A stretch of 61,902 nt of DNA from NCBI GenBank assembly GCA_036732045.1, contig DAINDD010000001.1, positions 60,828 to 122,729 of the forward strand, given 5' to 3'. The notes beneath the pieces are model-generated. The model had not been told where the DNA came from. It ran no database searches and was given only the letters and a program-made list of their open reading frames with translations. Origin of the DNA: Chloroflexota bacterium (GTDB taxonomy: Bacteria; Chloroflexota; Dehalococcoidia; SM23-28-2; RBG-16-64-32). The position numbers and the translations under genes were made by a program. The stretch's first letter is position 1; the number at the start of each line of letters is the position of its first letter. Below, one piece after another: positions 46,726 through 56,726 of this stretch.

Positions 46726-47622
46726 GTGAGCGAAGTCATCAGGAGACTACAAGCCAACGCGCCGCGATTCGTGCCGGCGCTGTTCCTGCTGCTACTGATC
46801 GTCCTCCTGCTTACCGGCTGCCAGGCGCACACTCCGCAAAACACGTTTGACGCCGGCGGCGAAGTCGCCCGCAAGCAGCGCAACCTGTTTTACCTATCGA
46901 TGTGGCCCGCGATCGGCGTCATGATCCTCGTCCTCGGCGGCATCATCGTCATGTGTCTGCGCTTTCGCGAGCGCGACCCGAACTCCCGCCCGCCAAAGCA
47001 GATCGAGGGCAACACCCGCCTCGAGCTCACCTGGACGATTCTGCCGGCCATCCTGCTCCTGGGCCTCGGCGTGCCGACGGTCGGACTCATCTATGACCTT
47101 GGGCGTTCACCCGACGCCAACGCCTACTACATCAACGTCACGGCGCAGCGGTACAGCTTCTCTTTCGAATACCCTGACGCCAAGGACAATCAGGGCAACG
47201 CTCTCTTCGTACCGGCCGACCCGCACATCCCCGTCGGAAAGCAGGTCGCGTTCCGCCTGCATTCGATCGATGTCATCCACAGCTTCTGGATCCCGCGGCT
47301 CGGCGGCAAGCTAGACGTCGTACCGAACGAGAATAACGTCCTCTGGCTGGTCGCGGACAAACCTGATACGTTCGCTGGAGAGTGTGCCGAGTTCTGCGGG
47401 CTTAACCATGCCAACATGCGAATGACGATCCACGCCGACTCACAGACTGATTTTGACGCCTGGATAGCCGCCCAGCTGGCGCAGGCAAACGCTACGCCCA
47501 TACCCACGCCGACGCCAGCTGCGAGCGCGGCGGCTTCCGGCAGCCCGGCAGTGAGCGTTGCCGCGACCACGCCGACGCCAACACCCGTGCTGAGCCTGAC
47601 GCCGGTAGCCACAGGGAGCTAG
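46726..47622 (+). CDS. ctaC: Cytochrome c oxidase subunit II (lipoprotein, CuA, no cytochrome c domain)
   Basis: Lipobox LLTGC; LELTWT; DVIHSFW; CAEFCGLNHANM; T/P-rich tail. Confidence 0.95.
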   Translation: MSEVIRRLQANAPRFVPALFLLLLIVLLLTGCQAHTPQNTFDAGGEVARKQRNLFYLSMWPAIGVMILVLGGIIVMCLRFRERDPNSRPPKQIEGNTRLELTWTILPAILLLGLGVPTVGLIYDLGRSPDANAYYINVTAQRYSFSFEYPDAKDNQGNALFVPADPHIPVGKQVAFRLHSIDVIHSFWIPRLGGKLDVVPNENNVLWLVADKPDTFAGECAEFCGLNHANMRMTIHADSQTDFDAWIAAQLAQANATPIPTPTPAASAAASGSPAVSVAATTPTPTPVLSLTPVATGS

Positions 47623-47625
47623 ACG

Positions 47626-49551
47626 ATGGCCACGATCGCCGCCCCGCGGACCAGCCCTCTCGCCCAGGCGCTGCGGGATGCACGCGCGTCAGCGGAGCAC
47701 AACAAGATCCTGAACTGGATCGCCACCGTCGACCACAAGAAAATCGGCGTTCTCTACGGAATCTCGGCCTTCATTTTCTTCTGCATCGGCGGTGTCGAGG
47801 CGCTCCTCCTCCGCGCCCAGCTCGCCACGCCGAACGCCAGCGTGCTCAACGCCGACGAGTACAACCGTCTCTTCACGATGCACGGCACGACGATGGTCTT
47901 CCTCGTCGTGATGCCGCTCAGCGCCGCCTTCTTCAACCTGATGGTGCCGCTGATGATCGGCGCCCGCGACGTCGCCTTCCCGCGCCTTAACGCTTTCAGC
48001 TACTGGACGTTCCTCGCCGGCGCTATCTTCCTCAACGCCAGCTTCTTCACCCGCAACGTCTTCAGCGGCCAGCTTGGCGCGCCGGACGGTGGCTGGTTCG
48101 GTTACGCGCCGCTAAACCTGCGCGCATTCACGCCGGGCCACGGGATGGACTTTTGGGCGCTCGGTCTCAATATCCTGGGTGTCGCCTCGCTGGCCGGCGG
48201 CTTCAACTTCATCGTCACCATTCTGAACATGCGCGCCCCCGGCATGTCGCTCTTCCGCATGCCGGTCTTCATCTGGATGACGCTGGTCACCTCGTTCTTG
48301 ATCATCTTCGCCATGCCGGTGATCGCGGTGGCCCTGTTCGAGCTTTCGTTCGACCGTTTCTTCGGCGCCAACTTCTTCAACCCGGCCGCCGGCGGCAACC
48401 CTCTCCTCTGGCAGCACATGTTCTGGCTCTTCGGCCACCCGGAGGTCTACATCCTCATCCTGCCGGCCTTCGGCATCATCTCCGAGGTATTGCCGGTCTT
48501 CGCGCGCAAGCCGCTCTTCGGCTACCCGTTCGTGGTCTTTTCCGGAATCGCCATCGGCTTCATGAGCTGGGGCGTCTGGGTGCACCACATGTACACCACG
48601 GGCCTGGGCACGGTAGCCAACTCCGCCTTCGGAATCTCGACGATTCTGATCGCCATCCCTACCGGCGTCAAGGTATTCAACTGGATGGGCACCATGTGGG
48701 GCGGCTCGATCCGTTTCAAAGCGCCCATGATGTTCGCTATCGGGACCGTCGCCATGTTCACAATTGGCGGTCTCTCTGGCGTCACGCACTCCATGGTGCC
48801 GGCGGACTACCAGCAGCAGGACACGTACTACGTCGTCGCACACTTCCATTACGTGCTGTTTGGCGGCGCGATCTTCGGGCTCTTCGCCGGGGTCTACTAC
48901 TGGTTCCCCAAGTTCACCGGCCGTTTCCTCAACGAAACGCTCGGCCATATCCACTTCTGGATCATGCTCATCGGCTTCAACCTGACCTTCTTTCCTATGC
49001 ACATGTCCGGGCTGCTCGGCATGCCGAGGCGCATCTATACGTACCCGTCCGGCTATGGCTGGGACTTCTGGAACCTGATCTCCAGCATCGGCGCCTTCAC
49101 GATCGCTCTTTCCGTGCTGATCTTCATCATCAACTTCCTGATCAGCGTCCGCCGCGGCAAAGAAGCGCCTGACGACCCCTGGGACGCGCGCACTCTGGAG
49201 TGGACGATCCCCTCGCCGCCGCCGCACTACAACTTCGCCGAGATACCGGTCGTCCACGCCCGCGACGAGTTCTGGCACCGCAAGTATCAGGAGGACGAGC
49301 AAGGCAACGTCACTCCGGTGCTGGCCGGCGCCGCGCACGCGCCTGAGGCGGCTCACACGGGCTACGGCGGCCACGACGAGCACGATATTCACATGCCTTC
49401 GCCGTCGTTCTTCCCGCTGATGGCATCGCTTGGCTTCCCGTTCATCGCCGTCGGCGTCATCTACGACTACGCGCTGGTGCCGGTTGGCGCGGCGCTGTTG
49501 CTCATCGGCCTCTTTGGCTGGGCGCTGGAGCCAGCGACGGAAGAGGCATAG
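47626..49551 (+). CDS. ctaD: Cytochrome c oxidase subunit I, A-family
   Basis: FTMHGTTM, AFPRLN, WLFGHPEVYILILP, WVHHM, VAHFHYV, GMPRR; two extra C-terminal TM helices. Confidence 0.98.
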   Translation: MATIAAPRTSPLAQALRDARASAEHNKILNWIATVDHKKIGVLYGISAFIFFCIGGVEALLLRAQLATPNASVLNADEYNRLFTMHGTTMVFLVVMPLSAAFFNLMVPLMIGARDVAFPRLNAFSYWTFLAGAIFLNASFFTRNVFSGQLGAPDGGWFGYAPLNLRAFTPGHGMDFWALGLNILGVASLAGGFNFIVTILNMRAPGMSLFRMPVFIWMTLVTSFLIIFAMPVIAVALFELSFDRFFGANFFNPAAGGNPLLWQHMFWLFGHPEVYILILPAFGIISEVLPVFARKPLFGYPFVVFSGIAIGFMSWGVWVHHMYTTGLGTVANSAFGISTILIAIPTGVKVFNWMGTMWGGSIRFKAPMMFAIGTVAMFTIGGLSGVTHSMVPADYQQQDTYYVVAHFHYVLFGGAIFGLFAGVYYWFPKFTGRFLNETLGHIHFWIMLIGFNLTFFPMHMSGLLGMPRRIYTYPSGYGWDFWNLISSIGAFTIALSVLIFIINFLISVRRGKEAPDDPWDARTLEWTIPSPPPHYNFAEIPVVHARDEFWHRKYQEDEQGNVTPVLAGAAHAPEAAHTGYGGHDEHDIHMPSPSFFPLMASLGFPFIAVGVIYDYALVPVGAALLLIGLFGWALEPATEEA

Positions 49552-49559
49552 GAGGACCC

Positions 49560-50150
49560 GTGGCGGCAGGCACAACCCATCTAGAAACGTCCACTGGCCT
49601 GGACAACCGGAAGCTGCTGATGTGGCTCTTCCTCGGCTCGGAGTGCCTCTTCTTCGGCTCGCTCATCGCCGCCTACCTTCTGTACCGCGGCCACAGCCTC
49701 AACGGCCCCTATCCGCAAGATCTAGTCGATATCCCCTTCACGTCGGTCAGCACCTTCGTCCTCCTGATGAGCAGCGTGAGCATGGTGCTGGCCCTGGCTT
49801 CCATCCAGCGGGGCAACGTGCGCAACATGCAGATCTGGCTCTTCACCACGGCTATTCTCGGAGCGCTCTTTATCTCCGGCCAGGTGTACGAGTTCACGGA
49901 GTTCAGCCAGCGAGGCCTGAGCCTCCACACCAACCTCTTCGGTACGACGTTCTACGTGCTCACGGGATTCCACGGCGCCCACGTCACAATCGGTGTACTG
50001 ATCCTGCTCTCGCTTCTCACCTATTCCCTGCGCGGCGGCATCCAGCAGAAGAACTCTCTGAACATCGAGCTTGCCGGGCTTTACTGGCACTTCGTCGACA
50101 TCGTTTGGATCGTCATTTTCACGCTGATCTATCTGATTCAGCCTAAGTGA
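49560..50150 (+). CDS. ctaE: Cytochrome c oxidase subunit III
   Basis: WLFLGSECLFF, FYVLTGFHGAHV, LYWHFVDIVW. Confidence 0.95.
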   Translation: MAAGTTHLETSTGLDNRKLLMWLFLGSECLFFGSLIAAYLLYRGHSLNGPYPQDLVDIPFTSVSTFVLLMSSVSMVLALASIQRGNVRNMQIWLFTTAILGALFISGQVYEFTEFSQRGLSLHTNLFGTTFYVLTGFHGAHVTIGVLILLSLLTYSLRGGIQQKNSLNIELAGLYWHFVDIVWIVIFTLIYLIQPK

Positions 50151-50160
50151 GGGGTTGCAC

Positions 50161-50520
50161 ATGACACTGGCTGATTACAGAAGGCAGCGCGGCGAGCCGA
50201 TCATCCCGGAGGCGGAGGCACAGGCCGCCGAGGCGCACGTCGATCACCACCCCGGCGTCCTGGAGTACACGCAGATCGGCCTCGTGCTGTTTTTCATCAC
50301 CTGCTTCGAGGTCGGCATGTACTACGTCGGCCTCAGCCACAACGCACTCGTGGCGGTCTTGCTGGTGATGTCGCTGGTCAAGTTTACGCTTGTCGTGCTC
50401 TGGTTCATGCACCTGCGCTTCGATAGCCGGCTCTTCTCCACGCTCTTCCTGTTGGGCCTGCTGACGGCCGCCGCCGTCTTCACCGTCGTCATCTCCGCGC
50501 TGCGCGGAAATCTCGTCTGA
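50161..50520 (+). CDS. ctaF: Cytochrome c oxidase subunit IV
   Basis: LFFITCFEV, KFTLVVLWFMHL; operon position. Confidence 0.85.
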   Translation: MTLADYRRQRGEPIIPEAEAQAAEAHVDHHPGVLEYTQIGLVLFFITCFEVGMYYVGLSHNALVAVLLVMSLVKFTLVVLWFMHLRFDSRLFSTLFLLGLLTAAAVFTVVISALRGNLV

Positions 50521-50565
50521 GGAGTTCCTGCCCGCGCAAGCGCCGGCCAGGAGCAGGAGACAGCC

Positions 50566-51441
50566 GTGATTCCGATACCGCTACACGTCGCGCCGACGGG
50601 CCCCTGGTACGCCTGGCACCTTCATCTGGACGTCATCACGCTTTGCCTCGGCGTCCTGGTCGCCTACTGGTATGCCGTCACAGTCTGGCGCCCGCACATT
50701 CCGGACGCCGGGCGCGTCATGCGGCGCCAGGTCGCCAGCTATTGCTCAGGCGTAGCCGTTGTCTTCCTCGCCGCCGGCACGCCCATCCATGACATCGGCG
50801 AGAACTATTTGCTTAGCGTCCACATGACCCAACACCTGCTGTTCAGCCTCGTAGCTCCTCCGCTGCTGCTGGCCGGCGTACCGACCTGGCTATGGGAAGC
50901 CCTCTTCATCCGCAAGGGAGTCCTGCCGGTCATGCGCCGCGTCCTTCACCCGCTGGTGACGTTCGGCTTCTTCAACGCGGTGCTCGTCGTGACGCACCTG
51001 CCGGCGTCGATGGACTTCACGCTCAACCACCATTGGTTCCACTTTTTCGTGCACGTCTTCCTCGTCAGCGCATCGCTGATGATGTGGTGGCCGGTGATCA
51101 CCAACGTGCCGGGCCTTCCGCACCTGACGTACCCGTTCCGGATGATGTATCTCTTCTTGCAGTCGCTCGTTCCGTCGGTGGTAGCGGCGTTCCTGACGTT
51201 TGCTACTGGCCCTATCTACAGCTTCTACGCCACCGCGCCGCGCATCATGGGTATCTCGGTTGTGACTGACCAGCAGCTCGGCGCGCTCGTCATGAAGGTG
51301 TTCGGCAGCCTGATCCTCTGGGGATTCATCGGTGTCTCCTTCTTCAAGTGGTACGCCAAGGAGGAGAGGGAGGCGAAGGGCCCAGCCTGGTCCGAGATCG
51401 AAGAAGAGCTTCGTGAGATCGGCGTCACGCCGCGCAAGTAG
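50566..51441 (+). CDS. ctaG: Cytochrome c oxidase assembly factor, caa3-type CtaG
   Basis: SVHMTQHLL, APPLLL, LMMWWPV, DQQLGALVMK. Confidence 0.88.
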   Translation: MIPIPLHVAPTGPWYAWHLHLDVITLCLGVLVAYWYAVTVWRPHIPDAGRVMRRQVASYCSGVAVVFLAAGTPIHDIGENYLLSVHMTQHLLFSLVAPPLLLAGVPTWLWEALFIRKGVLPVMRRVLHPLVTFGFFNAVLVVTHLPASMDFTLNHHWFHFFVHVFLVSASLMMWWPVITNVPGLPHLTYPFRMMYLFLQSLVPSVVAAFLTFATGPIYSFYATAPRIMGISVVTDQQLGALVMKVFGSLILWGFIGVSFFKWYAKEEREAKGPAWSEIEEELREIGVTPRK

Positions 51442-51471
51442 GCCGGGCGCCTGCCCGTATTACGAGCCCCA

Positions 51472-51504
51472 AACAAAACGGGCGCCGGCAGTGATCGGCG
51501 CCCG
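51472..51504 (-). terminator. Rho-independent terminator of the cupredoxin-fusion gene
   Basis: Minus strand CGGGCGCCG-8 nt-CGGCGCCCG followed by TTTTGTTT. Confidence 0.7.
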
Positions 51505-51523
51505 CTGATTCGCGCTTCGGCTC

Positions 51524-52561
51524 CTACGAGACGACGAATGTCCCAAACATCTGCGTCGGGTGGAAGTCGCAGCGGAAGTGATACGTTCCCGGCGTCGCGA
51601 TCGTGAACGTCACCGTCCCGGTTCCGCCCGCTACCAGCTTGTTCGGCGTCGAGCAGGCCGTAGACTTGCCGTCTCCGGGGGAGCAGAAATAGGCGTCGGT
51701 CGGGCTCTGCTCGCTCGTCCCGCCGACGTCGATGTTGTGCACGGCGGCACCGGTGTTCTTGAGCTGGAACGTGACGGCCTGGCCCGCCTTCACTGGGATG
51801 TTCGTCGGGTTATCCTGCCCGTTGTACTTGATCACGATGTCTGCCAGATCGATCTCCTGGCTGCCGCCCGGCGAACCGCTTGCCCCGGGAGCCGCCGACG
51901 CCGCGGGCTGCGTTACCGCCGCTTCCGTCCCGTTGTCCTTCCAGGCGACGGCCCAGATCGTGCCGGCGACAAGCGCGATCGCTGCGATGCCAAGAATTCC
52001 GCCGATCTGCGCTCCTGATGCCCGCGGGTTGTTCGCCAGGTAGAACGAGACGAGCAGAACAAAGATCGCGATGCCTGCCGCCAGCGCAGTCGCATTGTCG
52101 CCGCGAATCTGCAGATAGATGCGTGAAAGGCCATAAATCATGAGCAGCGCGAAGGCCAGCACCCCCAGCGGGATCGCAATCGGCAGCACGACACGCTCAC
52201 GGGCCTGCTCGGCCTGCTCCGCCGGCTTCCACGACGACTCCGTACGCAGCGCTTCCATGTCCAGCACCTGCAGGCTGTCGGAGACCAGGATGCCGCGGTG
52301 CTTGCGCACGATGCTGGCCGCGTTCGGCTCGTTCGTCTCGTAACGCACGAGGCTGCCGTCGTCCGTCCACCGTGTCTCAACGACGACGAGGATGTTGCCT
52401 TCGTTATTAATCGAGCGCGTGAGCCGCAGGTCCCGGAAACCGACCTGGTTGCGCAGGAACTCCAGGTGCTGATCGAGCTCCGAGAGGAGGCCGTCCGCCG
52501 CGGACGCCTCCTCAAGCCGAGAGGCCGGAATCTGGAAGAGGATTGTCTGAATGTATTCCAT
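51524..52561 (-). CDS. ABM-like domain + transmembrane segments + type-1 copper cupredoxin fusion
   Basis: N-term GFRDLRLTRS...VVVETRW; three hydrophobic segments; C-term VHNIDV and YHFRCDFHPTQM. Confidence 0.8.
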   Translation of the reverse strand: MEYIQTILFQIPASRLEEASAADGLLSELDQHLEFLRNQVGFRDLRLTRSINNEGNILVVVETRWTDDGSLVRYETNEPNAASIVRKHRGILVSDSLQVLDMEALRTESSWKPAEQAEQARERVVLPIAIPLGVLAFALLMIYGLSRIYLQIRGDNATALAAGIAIFVLLVSFYLANNPRASGAQIGGILGIAAIALVAGTIWAVAWKDNGTEAAVTQPAASAAPGASGSPGGSQEIDLADIVIKYNGQDNPTNIPVKAGQAVTFQLKNTGAAVHNIDVGGTSEQSPTDAYFCSPGDGKSTACSTPNKLVAGGTGTVTFTIATPGTYHFRCDFHPTQMFGTFVVS

Positions 52562-52751
52562 GCGCGCTCCTGCGTAACTCCGGGCCCCGGCCGATTGGCG
52601 TAGGCCCGTTTGTAGGGAATATCACAAGGGGGTATGAGGGTCAAGCGCGATCTCATCATTTCCCCGCTCGTTCGCCTCCGGCGGAAGAGAGCGTGGGTGA
52701 GGGCAACGAGCGCTCGCCCGGTCTTAGTGTCGGTGCTACACTAAGTGCGCG

Positions 52752-54500
52752 ATGCAGACTCTCCGCGTCGGCTTGGCGCAGATCAACACCACCGTCGGCG
52801 ACCTCCAGGGCAACGCCCGCAAAGTCCGCGAGTGGATCGCCCGGGCCAGCGACGCCGGCGTCGATCTCGTCTCCTTCCCGGAGCTGACGATCACCGGCTA
52901 TCCGCCGGAAGACCTGCTCCTCCGCCCGCGCTTCATCGCCGACAATCTCGAAGCGCTGGGCTCCGTCCTCGAAGCCTGCCGAGGCATCACCGCCGTCGTC
53001 GGCTACGTCGCGCTGGAGGGAAGCGACATCTTCAACGCCGCCGCCGTCATCCACGATGGCCGCATCGTGGACACCTACCGCAAGCAGCACCTGCCGAACT
53101 ACGGCGTCTTCGACGAGCTGCGCTACTTCCGCTCCGACGAGGCGTGCCCGGTCTACACGATCGGCGGCCTGGGCGTAGGCGTGAACATCTGCGAGGATAT
53201 CTGGTATCCCGGCGATCCCACGCGCTCCCAGGCGCTCGGTGGCGCGCAGCTCATCGTCAACATCAACGGCTCTCCCTATCACGCGGGCAAGCGTCGCTTC
53301 CGCGAGGAGATGCTGGCCGGCCGCGCGCGCGATTACGGCGTCGCGATCGTCTACACGAACCAGGTCGGCGGCCAGGACGAGCTCGTCTTTGACGGAGGAT
53401 CGATGGTCCTCGGTCCCACTGGTGAGCTGCTCGCACGGGCCAAGATGTTCGAGGAAGATCTGCTCATCTACGACATCCGCGAGGCGGATCTGCGCACCCA
53501 GCCGCTGACTGACGTAGCCAACGCCCATGAAGTCCGCCATATCGCAATCGCCGACGTCTCCACCGCTCATCATGAGGTTCCCGAAGGAAGAGCGGCGCAA
53601 CAGCGTCCCGCCGTGAAGCCACGCATCGAAACTGAATTACCCCACGCGGCCGAAGTCTACACCGCGCTCGTCACGGGAACCCGCGACTACCTCGGCAAGA
53701 CCGGCTTCCAGAAGGCGCTTGTCGCCCTCTCCGGAGGCATCGATTCCAGTCTCGTCGCCACTGTCGCTGTCGACGCGCTCGGCGCCGAAAACGTTCTCGG
53801 CGTCGGCATGCCCTCGCGCTATTCGTCGGAGGGTAGCATCGCCGACGCGAGCGAGCTCGCCGCCAACCTCGGCATCCGCTTCATCGTCATCCCCATCGAG
53901 CCGGCGCATGCAGCGTACCTCCAGATGCTGGAGCGCCCGTTTGAAGAGCTCGGCGGTGGTCTTGCCGGTACAGCGGAGGAGAACATCCAGTCGCGAATTC
54001 GCGGCAACACGATCATGGCGCTTTCGAACAAGCTGGGCTGGATCGTGCTCACTACGGGCAACAAGAGCGAGTTCGCCACCGGCTACGCCACGCTCTACGG
54101 CGACATGTCTGGCGGCTTCGCGGTGATTAAGGACGTACCGAAGACTCTTGTCTACGACCTCTGCCGCTACCGCAACACGCTCGGCGCCGCGCCGGTCATC
54201 CCCGAGAGCGTCCTGACCAAGCCACCGAGCGCCGAGCTCAAGCCCGGTCAGCTCGACCAGGACACGCTCCCGCCGTACGACATCCTTGACGCCGTCGTCG
54301 AGCAGTACGTGGAGAACGATCGCAGCATCCAGGAGATCGTCGACCAGGGCTTCGACCGCGAAACCGTCGCCCGCGTCGTCCAGATGATCAACCGCAACGA
54401 GTACAAGCGCCGTCAGTCGCCTCCCGGCGTCAAGATCACCCCCAAGGCGTTCGGCCGCGACCGCCGGCTGCCGATTGCGCATAAGTACGGCGGGCTGTGA
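52752..54500 (+). CDS. nadE: Glutamine-dependent NAD+ synthetase
   Basis: FPEL, LPNYGVFDE, NICEDIW, ALSGGIDS, ENIQSRIRG, TGNKSE, GYATLYGD, PPSAEL. Confidence 0.97.
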   Translation: MQTLRVGLAQINTTVGDLQGNARKVREWIARASDAGVDLVSFPELTITGYPPEDLLLRPRFIADNLEALGSVLEACRGITAVVGYVALEGSDIFNAAAVIHDGRIVDTYRKQHLPNYGVFDELRYFRSDEACPVYTIGGLGVGVNICEDIWYPGDPTRSQALGGAQLIVNINGSPYHAGKRRFREEMLAGRARDYGVAIVYTNQVGGQDELVFDGGSMVLGPTGELLARAKMFEEDLLIYDIREADLRTQPLTDVANAHEVRHIAIADVSTAHHEVPEGRAAQQRPAVKPRIETELPHAAEVYTALVTGTRDYLGKTGFQKALVALSGGIDSSLVATVAVDALGAENVLGVGMPSRYSSEGSIADASELAANLGIRFIVIPIEPAHAAYLQMLERPFEELGGGLAGTAEENIQSRIRGNTIMALSNKLGWIVLTTGNKSEFATGYATLYGDMSGGFAVIKDVPKTLVYDLCRYRNTLGAAPVIPESVLTKPPSAELKPGQLDQDTLPPYDILDAVVEQYVENDRSIQEIVDQGFDRETVARVVQMINRNEYKRRQSPPGVKITPKAFGRDRRLPIAHKYGGL

Positions 54501-54772
54501 CCATTGGCTCGCGATTATTGGATAGTCGACAGTGAACAGCGTCCGCCTCGTGTCTTCCTGAGCGCCGACCACGCCCTCTCCGAGCGAGATCTTCTCCAGC
54601 GAAGGGATCTGGGGGGTCCAGGGCGGTGGGTTACGACGCCAACGGCCCTCCTTCAACGAATAAGGTAACGAGCAACAGAATCACTTCCTGCGCCAAGCCT
54701 TCCTGCTTCCTACTTCCTTCTTCCCCTCCATTCACCCTTGACCCGTGACCCCCGACCCGCGACCCTAATCAC

Positions 54773-55396
54773 ATGACCATTCGCGCCGTTTTCTTCGACT
54801 TCGGCGGCGTCCTCCTCCAGCACGCCGATGGCATCGACCACAAGGCGATCGAAGCGCGCCTCGGCCTCGAGGAGCGCACGCTATTTCGCTGCCTCTACCG
54901 CGATAGCCGCTACATGGACTACCAGGTCGGCGCCTGCACCAACGAGGAGTGGCTCGAGTCGATCCGGGCGGCCGCGCAGGCGATCGTCGGCCTCGAGCGG
55001 GGGGAGGAACTGATGAACGCCTGGCAAGAGGCCGAGCGGCTGCTCAACCCGCTCATGATCTCGCTCGTCGAACGGCTACGCGCGGGCGGCTACCGGACGG
55101 GCATCATCTCGAACACTGTCCCCGGTATGGAGGAGCGCATCAACCGCGAGTTCCCGCACCTCATCCCGCTGTTCGACGTCCGCATCGGCTCCGGCGACAT
55201 CGGCCTCGCTAAGCCCGACCCGGCCATCTTCGAGCACGCTCTGCGCGAGATGGATGTTCCCGCCGAGGCCAGCGTCTTCGCCGACGACGTCCGCTCCTAC
55301 GCCGATGCCGCCCGCGCCGTCGGCATGCACGGCTTCTACTTCACCGGCTACGGCCAGTTCGCCTCCGACCTGCGGTCGATCGGCGTCGACGTATAG
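54773..55396 (+). CDS. HAD-like hydrolase
   Basis: FFDFGGVL, IISNT, AKPDPAIF, VFADD. Confidence 0.9.
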   Translation: MTIRAVFFDFGGVLLQHADGIDHKAIEARLGLEERTLFRCLYRDSRYMDYQVGACTNEEWLESIRAAAQAIVGLERGEELMNAWQEAERLLNPLMISLVERLRAGGYRTGIISNTVPGMEERINREFPHLIPLFDVRIGSGDIGLAKPDPAIFEHALREMDVPAEASVFADDVRSYADAARAVGMHGFYFTGYGQFASDLRSIGVDV

Positions 55397-55525
55397 CTGA
55401 CCGGTGAAAGCTGACTGCAGAGCGCTTCCCGCGTGGGGCAGGACTCCCTTGCTATCTCACCTCACGTCTGGCACAATCGAATATGAGAAGAACTCGCTTC
55501 GTTAACCGAGAACAGAGGTGCTGAA

Positions 55526-55885
55526 ATGATGAACGTCTCCGAAAAGGCCGCCGAAAAGGCCCGCGACATGTTCAAGGAGAAGGGTCTGCCCGCCGATACT
55601 GGTCTCCGCGTCTTCGTCGTCGGTGGGGGCTGCTCCGGCTACCAGTACGGCATGGCCCTGGCCCGGGACGTCGACGCCGAAGACCTGATCATCGAAGACC
55701 GCGGCGTCAAGATCGTCATCGACCCGGACAGCGCGCCGCTCCTCGAAGGCGCCGAGATCGACTACGTCGACGACCTGATGAAGGCCGGCTTCACCATCTT
55801 CAACCCGAACGCCGTCAAGTCCTGCGCCTGCGGCACCTCCTTCCAGACCGCCGAGGGTGGCGGCCAGGCCAAGGCCTGCTGCTAG
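55526..55885 (+). CDS. HesB/IscA-type Fe-S cluster assembly carrier
   Basis: LRVFVVGGGCSGYQY, GAEIDY, NPNAVKSCACGTSF. Confidence 0.95.
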   Translation: MMNVSEKAAEKARDMFKEKGLPADTGLRVFVVGGGCSGYQYGMALARDVDAEDLIIEDRGVKIVIDPDSAPLLEGAEIDYVDDLMKAGFTIFNPNAVKSCACGTSFQTAEGGGQAKACC

Positions 55886-55907
55886 ACGCCCCCTAACCCG
55901 AACCAGA

Positions 55908-55942
55908 AGGCCCGGTGCGAGAGCGCCGGGCCTCATTGTTTT
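55908..55942 (+). terminator. Terminator-like hairpin after the HesB gene
   Basis: AGGCCCGG...CCGGGCCT followed by CATTGTTTT. Confidence 0.6.
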
Positions 55943-56002
55943 GCGCGGCCTTTGGTGGGTGGCCGTACAGCGATGTTGTGCGTCCCGCCCGCCCGAGGTT
56001 TG

Positions 56003-56055
56003 TGTGGGGGACACCCCCAACGCCCCGGCAGAGAGGCTCCGCCCTCTGCACTTCC
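56003..56055 (-). repeat. Single dispersed copy related to the terminal tandem-array unit
   Basis: Reverse complement GGGAAGTGCAGAGGGCGGAGCCTCTCTGCCGGGGCGTTGGGGGTGTCCCC resembles the 61547+ unit core. Confidence 0.6.
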
Positions 56056-56153
56056 CGTCGCCAGCGTGGCGGCGAGGCGTCACCTCCGAGCGCCGCCGCA
56101 CCTTCGATCTTCCGACTTCCTACTTCCCGCCCGTCCTATCATGTCCCCCGGAG

Positions 56154-56635
56154 GTGGCCCATCACCTACTGGATCGTCGTCGGCTCTGAGGAAAACATGC
56201 GCATCGCCGAGGCCCGCGGCTTCGACATGTTCGGCTTCAAGAGCACCCGTCACAACGAGGCGGCGCAGATGAAGCCCGGCGACAAGCTCATCTTCTACCT
56301 GACGAAGATCTGAAGTTCGGTGGATTGGCGGAGATCACTTCCGGCTACTTCAAAGACCATGCCAGGGTGTTCAAGAGCGAGAAGAAGCCCGGCGAAGACT
56401 ACCCCTTCCGCGTCAGAGTGAAGCCGTTGATCGTCCTCGAGCCAGACCAGTACCTCGACGTGCGGGAGATCGCGCCCGGCATGGAGTACACCAAGAAGTG
56501 GCCCGCCCAGCACTGGCGCCTCGCCTCCCAGGCAACCTCCACCAAATCCCGGCCGGCGACTACAAGAAGCTCGAATCGATGATGAAGGCGGCGGCAAAGG
56601 TCAAGGCGAAGGCCTTAGCGAAACACCAGTTGTAA
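56154..56635 (+). pseudogene. EVE-domain protein with two or three frameshifts
   Basis: TYWIVVGSEEN...MKPGDKLIFYLTKI / KFGGLAEITSGYF...YPFRVRVKP / GNLHQIP in three different frames. Confidence 0.7.
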
Positions 56636-56726
56636 GCGCGCAGCATGCTGCGCCCGTGCGCCGCCGATTCACCAACGTCGCCGCGCCTTGCTCCCGTTTC
56701 CCCCATTCCGATACTCTGAACAGGAT

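Noticed and set aside
47480-47615. Low-complexity T/P/A repeats in ctaC and the lipoproteins
   Set aside because: Ordinary flexible linkers or tails of exported proteins
56311-56313. Selenocysteine TGA in the EVE gene, given selA nearby
   Set aside because: Read-through in the same frame gives SSVDWRRS; the EVE-like sequence continues in another frame, so this is a frameshift
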